Shown in pieces: positions 29,036 to 37,620 of a stretch of 44,565 bases of DNA. The notes below the pieces were generated by a model that was given only the letters and a program-made list of their open reading frames with translations, was not told the DNA's origin and searched no databases. Source of the stretch: an uncultured Collinsella sp. (GTDB lineage: Bacteria > Actinomycetota > Coriobacteriia > Coriobacteriales > Coriobacteriaceae); assembly GCA_900552185.1 (NCBI GenBank), contig URYT01000001.1:1-44565 (forward strand), in the 5' to 3' direction. A program made the translations under genes and the position numbers. Position 1 is the first letter of the stretch. Each line of letters opens with the position of its first letter.

Positions 29036-29511
29036 TGAGTATTCGCATGCGTCTGCGCGAGGAGCGCGCCCAGGCGACGGTGGAGATGGCAGCGGTTACG
29101 CCCGTTTTGCTGGTGCTGGCACTCATCGTGTACAACGTCATGATCTTTGCCAGCGCTGTCGCGCGCTTCGACCGCGTGGTGCCCGACATCGTGTTGGCGC
29201 ATGCCGTGGCGTCGGAGGGGGAGGGCGACGAAAGCTCTGCCGATGCCTCGGCGACGGTCCAGACTCAAATTCTGAATGCCATGGAAGGCTATGACTTACA
29301 GATCGAAGTGTCGAGCGAGCAAGGCGCGGAGGCATCGGATGGTGGCCTGCTCTCCCTATCCGGTACGTTTAGGACCTACACCTGCACCATGCACTATGAG
29401 CCGTGGCCGACTTCTCTCAGCATCGCTGGCGTTCCGCTGGGGGCGCCGACAACGTTGTCGCACGAGCGCGCGGTGACGGTCGATCCATGGCGCCCGGGGG
29501 TGGTCATGTGA
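29035..29511 (+). CDS. TadE-like pseudopilin
   Basis: ERA|QATVEMAAVTPVLLVLALIV motif. Confidence 0.75.
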   Translation: MSIRMRLREERAQATVEMAAVTPVLLVLALIVYNVMIFASAVARFDRVVPDIVLAHAVASEGEGDESSADASATVQTQILNAMEGYDLQIEVSSEQGAEASDGGLLSLSGTFRTYTCTMHYEPWPTSLSIAGVPLGAPTTLSHERAVTVDPWRPGVVM

Positions 29512-29867
29512 CCGCGGTCTCGTCCTACATCGCCTACGCGCGGGCACTCAATAGGCTGGGTTGGACGCCGGCCGAGTTTGTGGTAGCGGAGTCGTTTTTC
29601 ATGCGCCTGCGCGGCATGCTGGGACGGCGTCCGGTTGCCGCCAACGGCCTGCCGCTCGTCATGGCGTTTCCACGCTGCTCTTCGGTCCATACGTGTTTTA
29701 TGGCCTATCCCATCGACATCGCCTTCATCGATCGCGACGGCAATATCCTCGCGCGCTACGAAAACGTACGTCCCTGGCGTATGTGCTCCTGCCCCGGCGC
29801 CTGGGCCGTACTAGAGCGTCCTTCAATCATTGTTTCGACCCCTGCTCTCCAACGCGTGCCAGCTTAA
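29508..29867 (+). CDS. DUF192-family protein
   Basis: GTG overlapping the upstream stop. A.SF..RLRGMLGR, CSSVHTCFMAYPIDIAFID, VRPWR, VLE. Confidence 0.85.
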   Translation: MTAVSSYIAYARALNRLGWTPAEFVVAESFFMRLRGMLGRRPVAANGLPLVMAFPRCSSVHTCFMAYPIDIAFIDRDGNILARYENVRPWRMCSCPGAWAVLERPSIIVSTPALQRVPA

Positions 29868-29925
29868 GAATTGGCGACAGTGGACTTTCGTCATACGAAA
29901 TTGGGTAAGATGGAGGAGAAGATGC

Positions 29926-30006
29926 ATGGATGTTGAGATTCATCCCAACGCTAAAAAGCACCTGACGGAAGGGGTCGATGATGGACAAGACGTATACGGC
30001 CGCTAA
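29926..30006 (+). pseudogene. Internally deleted toxin gene remnant (type II TA)
   Basis: RBS GGAGGA, then MDVEIHPNAKKHLTE, which resembles the 'xxIHPxAxKH' start of actinobacterial BrnT/RelE-like toxins. It runs directly into the antitoxin RBS and gives only 26 codons. Confidence 0.55.
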
Positions 30007-30265
30007 TGGTCAGGTTGTAACGGATGAAATGATTGACGCGTGGTGCGAGTCGTACGAGCGCGGAGAGTTTCCGGATGGCGAACACACCGTTGGTGGGATC
30101 GTGCATGGACGGCCCCCGCTCTCAGGTGAGGGGACGGCAACGCTGTCGGTCAAGATTCCTCTGGGAATGAAGGAGGCCATTCGTCGACGGGCGGCTGCCG
30201 AGGGGATGACGCCAAGTGAGTTTGCCCGTGCGGCTCTGAGTGAAAAACTTCTTGCTGCCGGCTGA
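29978..30265 (+). CDS. Ribbon-helix-helix (CopG-like) antitoxin
   Basis: Acidic N-terminus, GRPPL, then RHH 'TLSVKIPLGMKEAIRRRAAAEGMTPSEFARAAL'. Confidence 0.8.
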   Translation: MMDKTYTAANGQVVTDEMIDAWCESYERGEFPDGEHTVGGIVHGRPPLSGEGTATLSVKIPLGMKEAIRRRAAAEGMTPSEFARAALSEKLLAAG

Positions 30266-30388
30266 TGCCTCTGACGTGCCGATTTATAGAACCGAGGCTG
30301 TGCTCAAAAACTTTTTTAAAATTCTCGGTTGACCGGAACGCGTCCTTGGTTATACTAATCAAGCCTTGAAACAAGGCACACCTCAAAT

Positions 30389-30461
<73 letters not shown>

Positions 30462-30474
30462 CCTTGAATTGACT

Positions 30475-30501
30475 AGGACCTCTGCAAAGGGGTCCTTTTT
30501 T
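30475..30501 (+). terminator. Terminator after tRNA-Phe
   Basis: AGGACCTCT-GCAA-AGGGGTCCT+T tract. Confidence 0.8.
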
Positions 30502-30514
30502 ATCGAGGGCTCTG

Positions 30515-30747
30515 CGGAAATTGCGTCCCGGAATTTGGCTTCAGAGTGGGATGCGTTTTCCGCTTTGAGGCCGCTTGGGAAAGCGCGACCCGGAATCCGG
30601 CGTCAGAATGGGATGTGCTTTCCTTTTGCGGTCTTTGGCGGAAACTGCGTCCCAGATCCCGCGCTCAGAACGGGATGCATTTTCCGGTTGAGGCCTCGAA
30701 CGGAAAATGCATCCCAGTCTTTTGCGAAAAACGGGATGCGCTTTTCG
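30515..30747. repeat. Tandem array of four 62-bp palindromic (REP-pair) units
   Basis: Left arms (C/G)GGAAAxxGCxxCCC start at 30515, 30577, 30639 and 30701. Right arms GGGATGxxxTTTxC start at 30548, 30610, 30672 and 30733. Confidence 0.85.
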
Positions 30748-30935
30748 GCCGCCTACTTCCGGCGCATATGTACATCTCGGCGCGCCATCTCGGGCCCGCC
30801 CAGACATTCCTTCCGCTTTTGCGCCACTTTACAGACCGTTCGGTCGTCTGTCCGCACGCGCGGGTATACTCAAAAAGATACTTTTCCTATGCAATACGAT
30901 GCAGGCTCGGCCTGCACGATCCGAAGGGGGCAGTG

Positions 30936-31997
30936 ATGGAGAGGATACTCGGCGTTAATCTCTCTGGCTGGTTTATTCCCGAGCCTTGGGTGACCCCGTC
31001 GCTATACGCGGCGACCGGTGCATCCAACGCGGCCGAGCTGCAGGAGGCCATGGGCACCGCCGCCTATAACGAGCGCATGCGCCGTCATTACGAGACGTTT
31101 GTGAGTGAGGACGATTTCCGTCGCATGGCGCAGATCGGTCTCAATGCCGTGCGTCTGCCGGTGCCCTGGTATGCCTTTGGCTCGCAGGAGTCCGATGCCT
31201 CCTACATCTCGGTTGTCGATTACATCGACCGCGCGATTGAGTGGGCTGCCAAGTACGACATCCGCGTGCTGCTCGATCTGGCGACGGTGCCCGGTGGCCA
31301 GGGCGATTCCAACGATTCGCCCGCCACGCCGGAGGCTGTTGCCGAGTGGCATTCGTCCACTAACGGCCGTCATGTCGCGCTCGACGTGCTCGAGCGCTTG
31401 GCCGAGCGTTACGGCGAGGCCGAGAGCCTGCTGGGCATTGAGCTGCTGGATACGCCGCAGATGAGTGTCCGCAAGAGTCTCTTTGCCATGACGGATGGCA
31501 TTCCGGCCCACTACCTGCGCAATTTCTATCGCGATGCCTACGAGCTCGTTCGTTCGTATATGCCCGAGGATAAGATCGTCGTCTTCTCGTCGTCGGGGCA
31601 TCCCAGCGAGTGGAAGCATTTTATGCGCGGCGCCAAGTACAAGAACGTCTACATGGACCTTCACCTGTACCATTACCGTGACGAGTATGCGCTCGATATC
31701 ACGAGCCCCCGCGGGCTGACGACGGCGATTTCGCGCAACAAGCGCGAGCTCAAAGAAGCGATTTCGACTGGGTTCCCCGTGCTGGTGGGCGAATGGTCGG
31801 GCGCGGCGATCTTTGCCAACTCGTCGGTTACGCCCGAGGGCCGCGATGCCTACGAGCGCGTGTTTATCGCCAATCAGCTGGCTTCGTTTGCGCCGGCTGC
31901 CGGTTGGTTCTTCCAAACGTGGAAGACCGAGAAGCGCATTGCAGCATGGGACGCCCGCGCGGCGCTCGGTACGCTCGAGCGCGGCATGATTGAATAG
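30936..31997 (+). CDS. Glycoside hydrolase family 5 (exo-beta-1,3-glucanase-like) homologue with degenerate active site
   Basis: GVNLSGWFIPEPW, GLNAVRLPVPW, DLHLY and nucleophile VGEWS are present. The acid/base motif reads ELLDTP instead of ELxNEP. Confidence 0.8.
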   Translation: MERILGVNLSGWFIPEPWVTPSLYAATGASNAAELQEAMGTAAYNERMRRHYETFVSEDDFRRMAQIGLNAVRLPVPWYAFGSQESDASYISVVDYIDRAIEWAAKYDIRVLLDLATVPGGQGDSNDSPATPEAVAEWHSSTNGRHVALDVLERLAERYGEAESLLGIELLDTPQMSVRKSLFAMTDGIPAHYLRNFYRDAYELVRSYMPEDKIVVFSSSGHPSEWKHFMRGAKYKNVYMDLHLYHYRDEYALDITSPRGLTTAISRNKRELKEAISTGFPVLVGEWSGAAIFANSSVTPEGRDAYERVFIANQLASFAPAAGWFFQTWKTEKRIAAWDARAALGTLERGMIE

Positions 31998-32003
31998 GTT
32001 GAT

Positions 32004-32882
32004 ATGACGCAAAACAGCGCCCATACGGGCAAACTCTATGTGGTCGGCACGCCCATCGGCAACCTGGGCGACCTGTCCCCGCGCGTTGGCGAGGCGTTTG
32101 CCGCCGCCGATGCCATCTGCTGCGAAGACACGCGTGTGACGTCAAAGCTGCTGATGCACCTGGGCATTTCCAAGCCGCTTGTCCGTTGCGACGAGAATGT
32201 GATCGCCAGCCGCGCCGCCGGCCTAGTCGACCGTCTGCTGGCGGGGGAGACCCTCGCCTTTGCCTCGGACGCCGGCATGCCGAGCGTGTCCGATCCCGGC
32301 CAGGCGCTGGTCGAGGCGGCACGTGAGGCCGATGTACCCGTAGAAGTTATTCCCGGGCCCTCTGCTTGCGTCACGGCGCTCGTTTCGTCCGGCATTCCCT
32401 GCGAGCATTTTTTCTTCGAGGGCTTTTTGGGCCGAAAGCATGGCGACCGCGTGCGTCGTTTGCAGCGCCTTGCCGTGGTGCCTGGCGCGCTCATCTTCTA
32501 CGAGTCTCCACATCGCATCGTGGCGACGCTCGAGGCCGTGGTGGAGGTCTTTCCCCAGCGTGAGGTTGCCGTCTGCCGCGAGCTCACCAAGCTGCACGAG
32601 GAAGTCTTGCGCGGGCCCGCTGCCCAGCTTGCCGAGGAGCTGCGTGCTCGCGGCGAGGTAAAGGGCGAGATTGCGCTGGTCATCGCGCCGCCGAGCGAGG
32701 ATGAGGAGGCCGGTATCGTGCCGGTTGGCGCCGCGGCAGCGGATCCCGACGAGGCCCTGCGCGAGGATATCCGCGCCGCGCTCGAGGAGGGGGAGCCCGC
32801 GTCTGCGGTGGCCAAGCGCCTGTCTCAGAAGTATTCGCGCCGCAAGCGCGATGTCTATGCCATGGTGCTCGATATGCAATAG
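32004..32882 (+). CDS. rsmI: 16S rRNA C1402 2'-O-methyltransferase
   Basis: LYVVGTPIGNLGD, CEDTR, SDAGMP.VSDPG, IPGPSA, FYESPHR, RELTKLHEE. Confidence 0.95.
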   Translation: MTQNSAHTGKLYVVGTPIGNLGDLSPRVGEAFAAADAICCEDTRVTSKLLMHLGISKPLVRCDENVIASRAAGLVDRLLAGETLAFASDAGMPSVSDPGQALVEAAREADVPVEVIPGPSACVTALVSSGIPCEHFFFEGFLGRKHGDRVRRLQRLAVVPGALIFYESPHRIVATLEAVVEVFPQREVAVCRELTKLHEEVLRGPAAQLAEELRARGEVKGEIALVIAPPSEDEEAGIVPVGAAAADPDEALREDIRAALEEGEPASAVAKRLSQKYSRRKRDVYAMVLDMQ

Positions 32883-32951
32883 ATGGAGGATATCCAGCCC
32901 TTGCGCTAGAATCATCCTCTGTATGCAACGTTTTTCTGGAGGACAAACCCC

Positions 32952-34553
32952 ATGGATCAAAGCAAGCCTTCGTTCTTTATCACGACGCCCATCTACTACG
33001 TCAACGCCGATCCGCACCTGGGCACGGCTTATTCCACCATCATCGCCGACGTTCAGGCTCGCTATCGCCGCTCCGCCGGCTATAACGTCAAGTTCCTGAC
33101 CGGCATGGACGAGCACGGCGAGAAGGTCGCCGAGGCCGCAGCCAAGCACAACATGACGCCTCAGGAGTGGACCGACAGCCAGGCTCCGCACTTCAAGGAG
33201 CTTTGGAACAAGCTCGAGATCTCCAACGACGACTTCATCCGCACCACCGAGCCGCGCCAGCATCATGCCGTGCAGTACCTGTGGGAGCGCATGAAGGAGT
33301 CCGGTTACCTGTATAAGGGCAGCTACGACGGCTGGTATTGCGTGCCTGATGAGACCTACTTCACCGATACACAGGTCCAGAAGGGCGACGAGGAGTACGG
33401 CAGCGTCGGCCAGCACCTGTGCCCCGACTGCCACCGTCCGCTTGAGCGCGTGCAGGAGGAGTCCTACTTCTTCAAGCTTTCCGCTTTCCAGGACAAGCTG
33501 CTCAAGCTCTATGACGAGCACCCCGACTTTGTCGAGCCTGCGTTCCGCATGAACGAGGTTCGCAGCTTTGTCGAGGGCGGCCTTAATGACCTTTCCGTGA
33601 GCCGTACGAGCTTCGACTGGGGCATCCAGGTTCCGTTTGACGAGGGCCATGTGACCTATGTATGGTTCGACGCGCTGCTCAACTATATGACGGCCGTCGG
33701 CTACGGTGTCGACACCGACGAGGCGCGTGCCGAGCTGGCCTATCGCTGGCCCGCGCAGTTCCACATCGTGGGTAAGGACATCATTCGCTTCCACTGCGTC
33801 ATTTGGCCCGCCATGCTCATGGCCATCGGCGAGGCCCTGCCCGAGCACGTCTTTGCCCACGGCTTCCTGACCGTGCGCAATGCCGAGACCGGCAAGGCCG
33901 AGAAGATGTCCAAGAGCCGCGGCAACGCCATCGCTCCGCAGGACGTTATCGACATGTTGGGCGTCGAGGGCTATCGCTACTACTTCATGACCGACGTCGT
34001 CCCCGGCACCGACGGTGCCATCAGCTTCGATCGCATGGAGCAGGTCTACAACGCCGACCTGGCCAACAGCTGGGGCAACCTTATCTCGCGTTCGCTCAAC
34101 ATGAGCGGCAAGTACTTTGATGGTTGCGCGCCCGCCAAGCCCGCATCGTTCGATGCGTTCGACAACCCGCTGGCAAAGATCGCCGATGGTCTGGTCGAGC
34201 GCTACATGGCCAAGATGGACGTGCTCGATTACGGCGGAGCCAAGGACGAGGTCATGGAGCTCATCCATGCCGCCAACCACTACATCGAGGACTCTGAGCC
34301 TTGGGCACTTGCCAAGGACGAGGCCAAGGCTGACGAGCTGGCGTTTGTGATCTACAACCTGCTCGAGGCCATCCGCATTGCCGCCCACCTGCTGATGCCG
34401 CTCATGCCTCAGACCTCTGCCGAGGCCCTGCGCCGCCTGTCCTGCGAGGACGAGGCCGCGACCGACGACCTCAAGGGCATTTGCGCTTGGGGCCTGCTTG
34501 CCGGCGGTCAGCCTGTCGAGAAGGGCGAGCCGCTGTTCCCGCGTCTGGGCTAA
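32952..34553 (+). CDS. metG: Methionine--tRNA ligase (short form, no C-terminal tRNA-binding domain)
   Basis: ITTPIYYVN, HLGT (HIGH-like), GMDEHG, YVWFDAL, GKDI, KMSKS. Confidence 0.96.
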   Translation: MDQSKPSFFITTPIYYVNADPHLGTAYSTIIADVQARYRRSAGYNVKFLTGMDEHGEKVAEAAAKHNMTPQEWTDSQAPHFKELWNKLEISNDDFIRTTEPRQHHAVQYLWERMKESGYLYKGSYDGWYCVPDETYFTDTQVQKGDEEYGSVGQHLCPDCHRPLERVQEESYFFKLSAFQDKLLKLYDEHPDFVEPAFRMNEVRSFVEGGLNDLSVSRTSFDWGIQVPFDEGHVTYVWFDALLNYMTAVGYGVDTDEARAELAYRWPAQFHIVGKDIIRFHCVIWPAMLMAIGEALPEHVFAHGFLTVRNAETGKAEKMSKSRGNAIAPQDVIDMLGVEGYRYYFMTDVVPGTDGAISFDRMEQVYNADLANSWGNLISRSLNMSGKYFDGCAPAKPASFDAFDNPLAKIADGLVERYMAKMDVLDYGGAKDEVMELIHAANHYIEDSEPWALAKDEAKADELAFVIYNLLEAIRIAAHLLMPLMPQTSAEALRRLSCEDEAATDDLKGICAWGLLAGGQPVEKGEPLFPRLG

Positions 34554-34592
34554 GACGCGGCGCGCCATATCGGCAATTTGCTGTTTAGATGT

Positions 34593-34623
34593 AAGGGCAT
34601 GGCCGCCACGGTCCATGCCCTTT
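34593..34623 (+). terminator. Probable terminator after metG
   Basis: AAGGGCATGG..CCATGCCCTTT hairpin. Confidence 0.6.
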
Positions 34624-34660
34624 CGTTTCAAGACGCCGCCATCATGCTAAGGAGGCAACT

Positions 34661-35521
34661 ATGACAACTTCGCCTTTGGCAAACCCCACGGCAACAAGGG
34701 AGCTGCTGGAGGAGTTTGGCCTTGCGACCAAGCATCGCCTGGGCCAGAACTTCCTGATCGACAGCCATGTGATCGAGCGCATTTGTGAGCTTGCCGAGCT
34801 TGCGGGCGATGAGCGCGTGCTCGAGGTTGGTCCGGGCGTTGGCACGCTCACGCTTGCGCTGTTGCAGGAGGCGGCGTGCGTCACGTCGATCGAAGCAGAT
34901 CCCGAGCTCGAACCGGTGCTCGACGCCCATGCCGCCGACTATGCCAACTTCCGCTTTATCATGGGCGACGCGCTTAAGGTGGGCCCGGAGCAGATTGAGC
35001 AGGCCGCCGGCGGCGAGCCCACGGTATTTGTCGCGAACTTGCCCTATAACGTGGCGGCGACGATCATTTTGCAATTTTTCCAGACGATGCCGGCGCTCAA
35101 GCGTGCCGTCGTCATGGTGCAAAAGGAGGTTGCCGATCGCATTGCCGCAGTGCCGGGCAACAAGACCTATGGCGGCTATACGGCAAAGCTCGGCCTGTAT
35201 GCGCAGGTGACGGGTCGCTTTGAGGTGCCGCCGCGTTGCTTTATGCCAGCGCCGCACGTGGACTCGGCCGTCGTGCGTATCGACCGTGTTGACGGCGTGG
35301 TGCCCGAGGGGCTCGATCGCGAGTTCGTGGCTCGTGTGATCGACGCTGCATTTGCTCAGCGGCGCAAGACCATCCGAAATTCCATGAGCGCCAACGGTTT
35401 TGCCAAGGACGTGCTCGATGCCGCTTTTGAGGTTTGCGGTATCGCACCCACCACGCGCGCCGAGACGCTCGATGTTGCCGACTTTGTCCGTCTGGCCCGG
35501 GAGCTAATCCATGACGCTTAA
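34661..35521 (+). CDS. rsmA: 16S rRNA adenine dimethyltransferase KsgA
   Basis: LGQNFL, VLEVGPGVG, ANLPYN, MVQKEVADR, F.P.P.VDS, FAQRRKT. Confidence 0.96.
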   Translation: MTTSPLANPTATRELLEEFGLATKHRLGQNFLIDSHVIERICELAELAGDERVLEVGPGVGTLTLALLQEAACVTSIEADPELEPVLDAHAADYANFRFIMGDALKVGPEQIEQAAGGEPTVFVANLPYNVAATIILQFFQTMPALKRAVVMVQKEVADRIAAVPGNKTYGGYTAKLGLYAQVTGRFEVPPRCFMPAPHVDSAVVRIDRVDGVVPEGLDREFVARVIDAAFAQRRKTIRNSMSANGFAKDVLDAAFEVCGIAPTTRAETLDVADFVRLARELIHDA

Positions 35522-36428
35522 TGCCGAACGCGTGACGTTTACCAAGAAAAAGAAGACGGTTGCTTGTCCCGTGCCCTTGGCGCCGCTTGCCGACACGCAT
35601 GCGCATCTGCTTTCGTTTTGGGGCAAAGAAGTGCCCGAGACGCTCGTGCGCGCCAAAGCCGCGGGCGTCGACCTGTTGGTGACGATGTTCGACCCCATCG
35701 CTGACAAACGCAGCGTGACGGACTATAGCGACTGGCTGGTTCGCGAGATCCTGCCGATGCGGGATATCCCGCAGATCAAGTATCTCGTCGGTGTGCACCC
35801 CTATGGCGCGCCGGATTATACCGACGAAATTCACGCACAGGTCATTGCCTCGCTCGATGACTCTTTGTGCGTCGGTATCGGCGAGATCGGTCTGGACTAC
35901 CACATGGATTACGACGACGATATTGCGCCGGCGCCCCACGACGTGCAGATCGACTGTATGGCGCGCCAACTCGAGGTCGCCGTACGCCGCAATGTGCCGG
36001 TAGAGCTGCATCTGCGTCATGAGGATACGGACGAGGAGCGCACCTCGCATGTGGACGCCTACAACGTGTTGCGCGAGGTCGGCGTGCCCCAGGCCGGTTG
36101 CGTACTGCACTGCTTTGGCGAGGACCGAGCCACGATGGAGCGCTTTGTGGATTTGGGTTGTTACATCGCCTATGGCGGCGCGGCTACCTTTAAGCGCAAC
36201 GACGACGTGCGCGAGGCATTTGCGGCGACCCCGCTCGACCGTATTTTGTTCGAGACGGATTGTCCCTATATGGCGCCGGAGCCCATTCGCGGTCTTGAAT
36301 GCGAGCCTGCAATGATTTCCATCACAGCAAACGCGCTGGTCAACGACCGCGTCGATCGTACCGGCGAGGACGCTGAAGCAGTTGCTCGAGCCGCCTGGGA
36401 AAATGCCTGCAAACTTTTTCAAAAATAG
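35511..36428 (+). CDS. tatD: TatD-family hydrolase/DNase
   Basis: DTHAH, GVHP, IGEIGLDY, LHCF, ETDCPY. Confidence 0.9.
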   Translation: MTLNAERVTFTKKKKTVACPVPLAPLADTHAHLLSFWGKEVPETLVRAKAAGVDLLVTMFDPIADKRSVTDYSDWLVREILPMRDIPQIKYLVGVHPYGAPDYTDEIHAQVIASLDDSLCVGIGEIGLDYHMDYDDDIAPAPHDVQIDCMARQLEVAVRRNVPVELHLRHEDTDEERTSHVDAYNVLREVGVPQAGCVLHCFGEDRATMERFVDLGCYIAYGGAATFKRNDDVREAFAATPLDRILFETDCPYMAPEPIRGLECEPAMISITANALVNDRVDRTGEDAEAVARAAWENACKLFQK

Positions 36429-36471
36429 TTCTTGCGTTCGCGGTGGCGCTCCGTTATTCTAATTCCTGCAC

Positions 36472-36558
36472 GCGGGCGTGGCGGAATTGGCAGACGCGTA
36501 CGGTTCAGGTCCGTATGGGGGCAACCCCATGAAGGTTCAAGTCCTTTCGCCCGCACCA
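36472..36558 (+). tRNA. tRNA-Leu (CAG)
   Basis: GCGGGCG acceptor, anticodon arm TACGG-TTCAGGT-CCGTA, long variable arm, CCA end. Promoter TTGCGT-N17-TATTCT and terminator at 36566-36594. Confidence 0.96.
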
Positions 36559-36675
36559 TTAAATGAAAGAGCTCCCAGCAATGGGAGCTTTTTTGTTATG
36601 GGCCTCTTGTTGGTGTCACACAGCTGCTTCGTGCGGGTATCCTAGTCCCAACGCGTGCCTATCAGAGGAGAAACC

Positions 36676-37614
36676 ATGCTGTTGTCCGGTATCATCGCTA
36701 CCCTTACGAGTCTTCTGCTTCCCATCATCATTTTGTTGCTACTGCTCCCCAACGCCTGCTATGTCGTTGAACAGCAGCATGCTGTGATCATCGAGCGTCT
36801 GGGCAAGTTTAACCGCATCGTCAACGCGGGCTTCCACATGAAGGTGCCCGTGATCGACCGCAAGGCCGCCACGGTGAGTCTGCGCACCATGAAAAACGGT
36901 TTTGGCATCGACGTTAAGACCCAGGACAACGTGACCATCGGCCTTGAGGTCTCTGCTCAGTACCACGTGAGCTATGACATGGGCGCCGGCCCGGCAGATT
37001 CGGGTATCTACAAGAGCTACTACATGCTGCAGGAGCCCGTCGACCAGATGCGCGATTTTATCACCGATGCCCTGCGCTCTTCGATTCCCGTCTACACACT
37101 CGATGAGGTCTTTGCCAAGAAGGATGACATCGCCAAGGATGTCAACGCTACCGTTTCCGAGCAGATGGCCGCCTACGGCTTCACCCTCGTGTCGACGCTC
37201 ATCACCAAAATCGCACTGCCGACCGAGGTCGAGAACTCCATGAACGACATCAACGCCGCCCAGCGCAAGCGCGCTGCGGCACAGGAGCTCGCTGAGGCAG
37301 ACCGCATCAAGCGCGTCACCGAGGCGACCGCCGAGGCCGAGGCTATGGAAAAGGCGGGCGAGGGCATCGCCAACCAGCGCAAGGCCATCGCGCTGGGTAT
37401 CAAAGATTCGCTCGAGATCATCCAAGAGACGGGTGTCGGCAATGACGAGGCCAACCAACTGTTCATGTTTACGCAGTGGTCCGAGATGATGACGGAGTTC
37501 GCTCGCACGGGTAAAACCTCGACGGTCGTGCTGCCGAGCGACTTTTCGCAGTCGGCCTCTATGTTCGAGCAGATGCTGACCGCCGGCAAAGTTCAAAACG
37601 ATTCGAAGGAGTAA
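36676..37614 (+). CDS. SPFH / band-7 domain protein
   Basis: N-terminal TM, IIERLGKF, VKTQDNV, ALRS, AEADRI coiled coil. RBS GAGGAG. Confidence 0.9.
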   Translation: MLLSGIIATLTSLLLPIIILLLLLPNACYVVEQQHAVIIERLGKFNRIVNAGFHMKVPVIDRKAATVSLRTMKNGFGIDVKTQDNVTIGLEVSAQYHVSYDMGAGPADSGIYKSYYMLQEPVDQMRDFITDALRSSIPVYTLDEVFAKKDDIAKDVNATVSEQMAAYGFTLVSTLITKIALPTEVENSMNDINAAQRKRAAAQELAEADRIKRVTEATAEAEAMEKAGEGIANQRKAIALGIKDSLEIIQETGVGNDEANQLFMFTQWSEMMTEFARTGKTSTVVLPSDFSQSASMFEQMLTAGKVQNDSKE

Positions 37615-37620
37615 ACGCGC

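Noticed and set aside
30515..30747. CRISPR array
   Set aside because: Repeats are short, degenerate and alternate in orientation, linkers are related to each other, and there are no cas genes.
30546..30935. 130-aa N-terminal extension of the GH5 protein and ORF 30469-30936
   Set aside because: These run through the repeat array. GH5 homology begins at MERILGVNL, with RBS AAGGGG just upstream.
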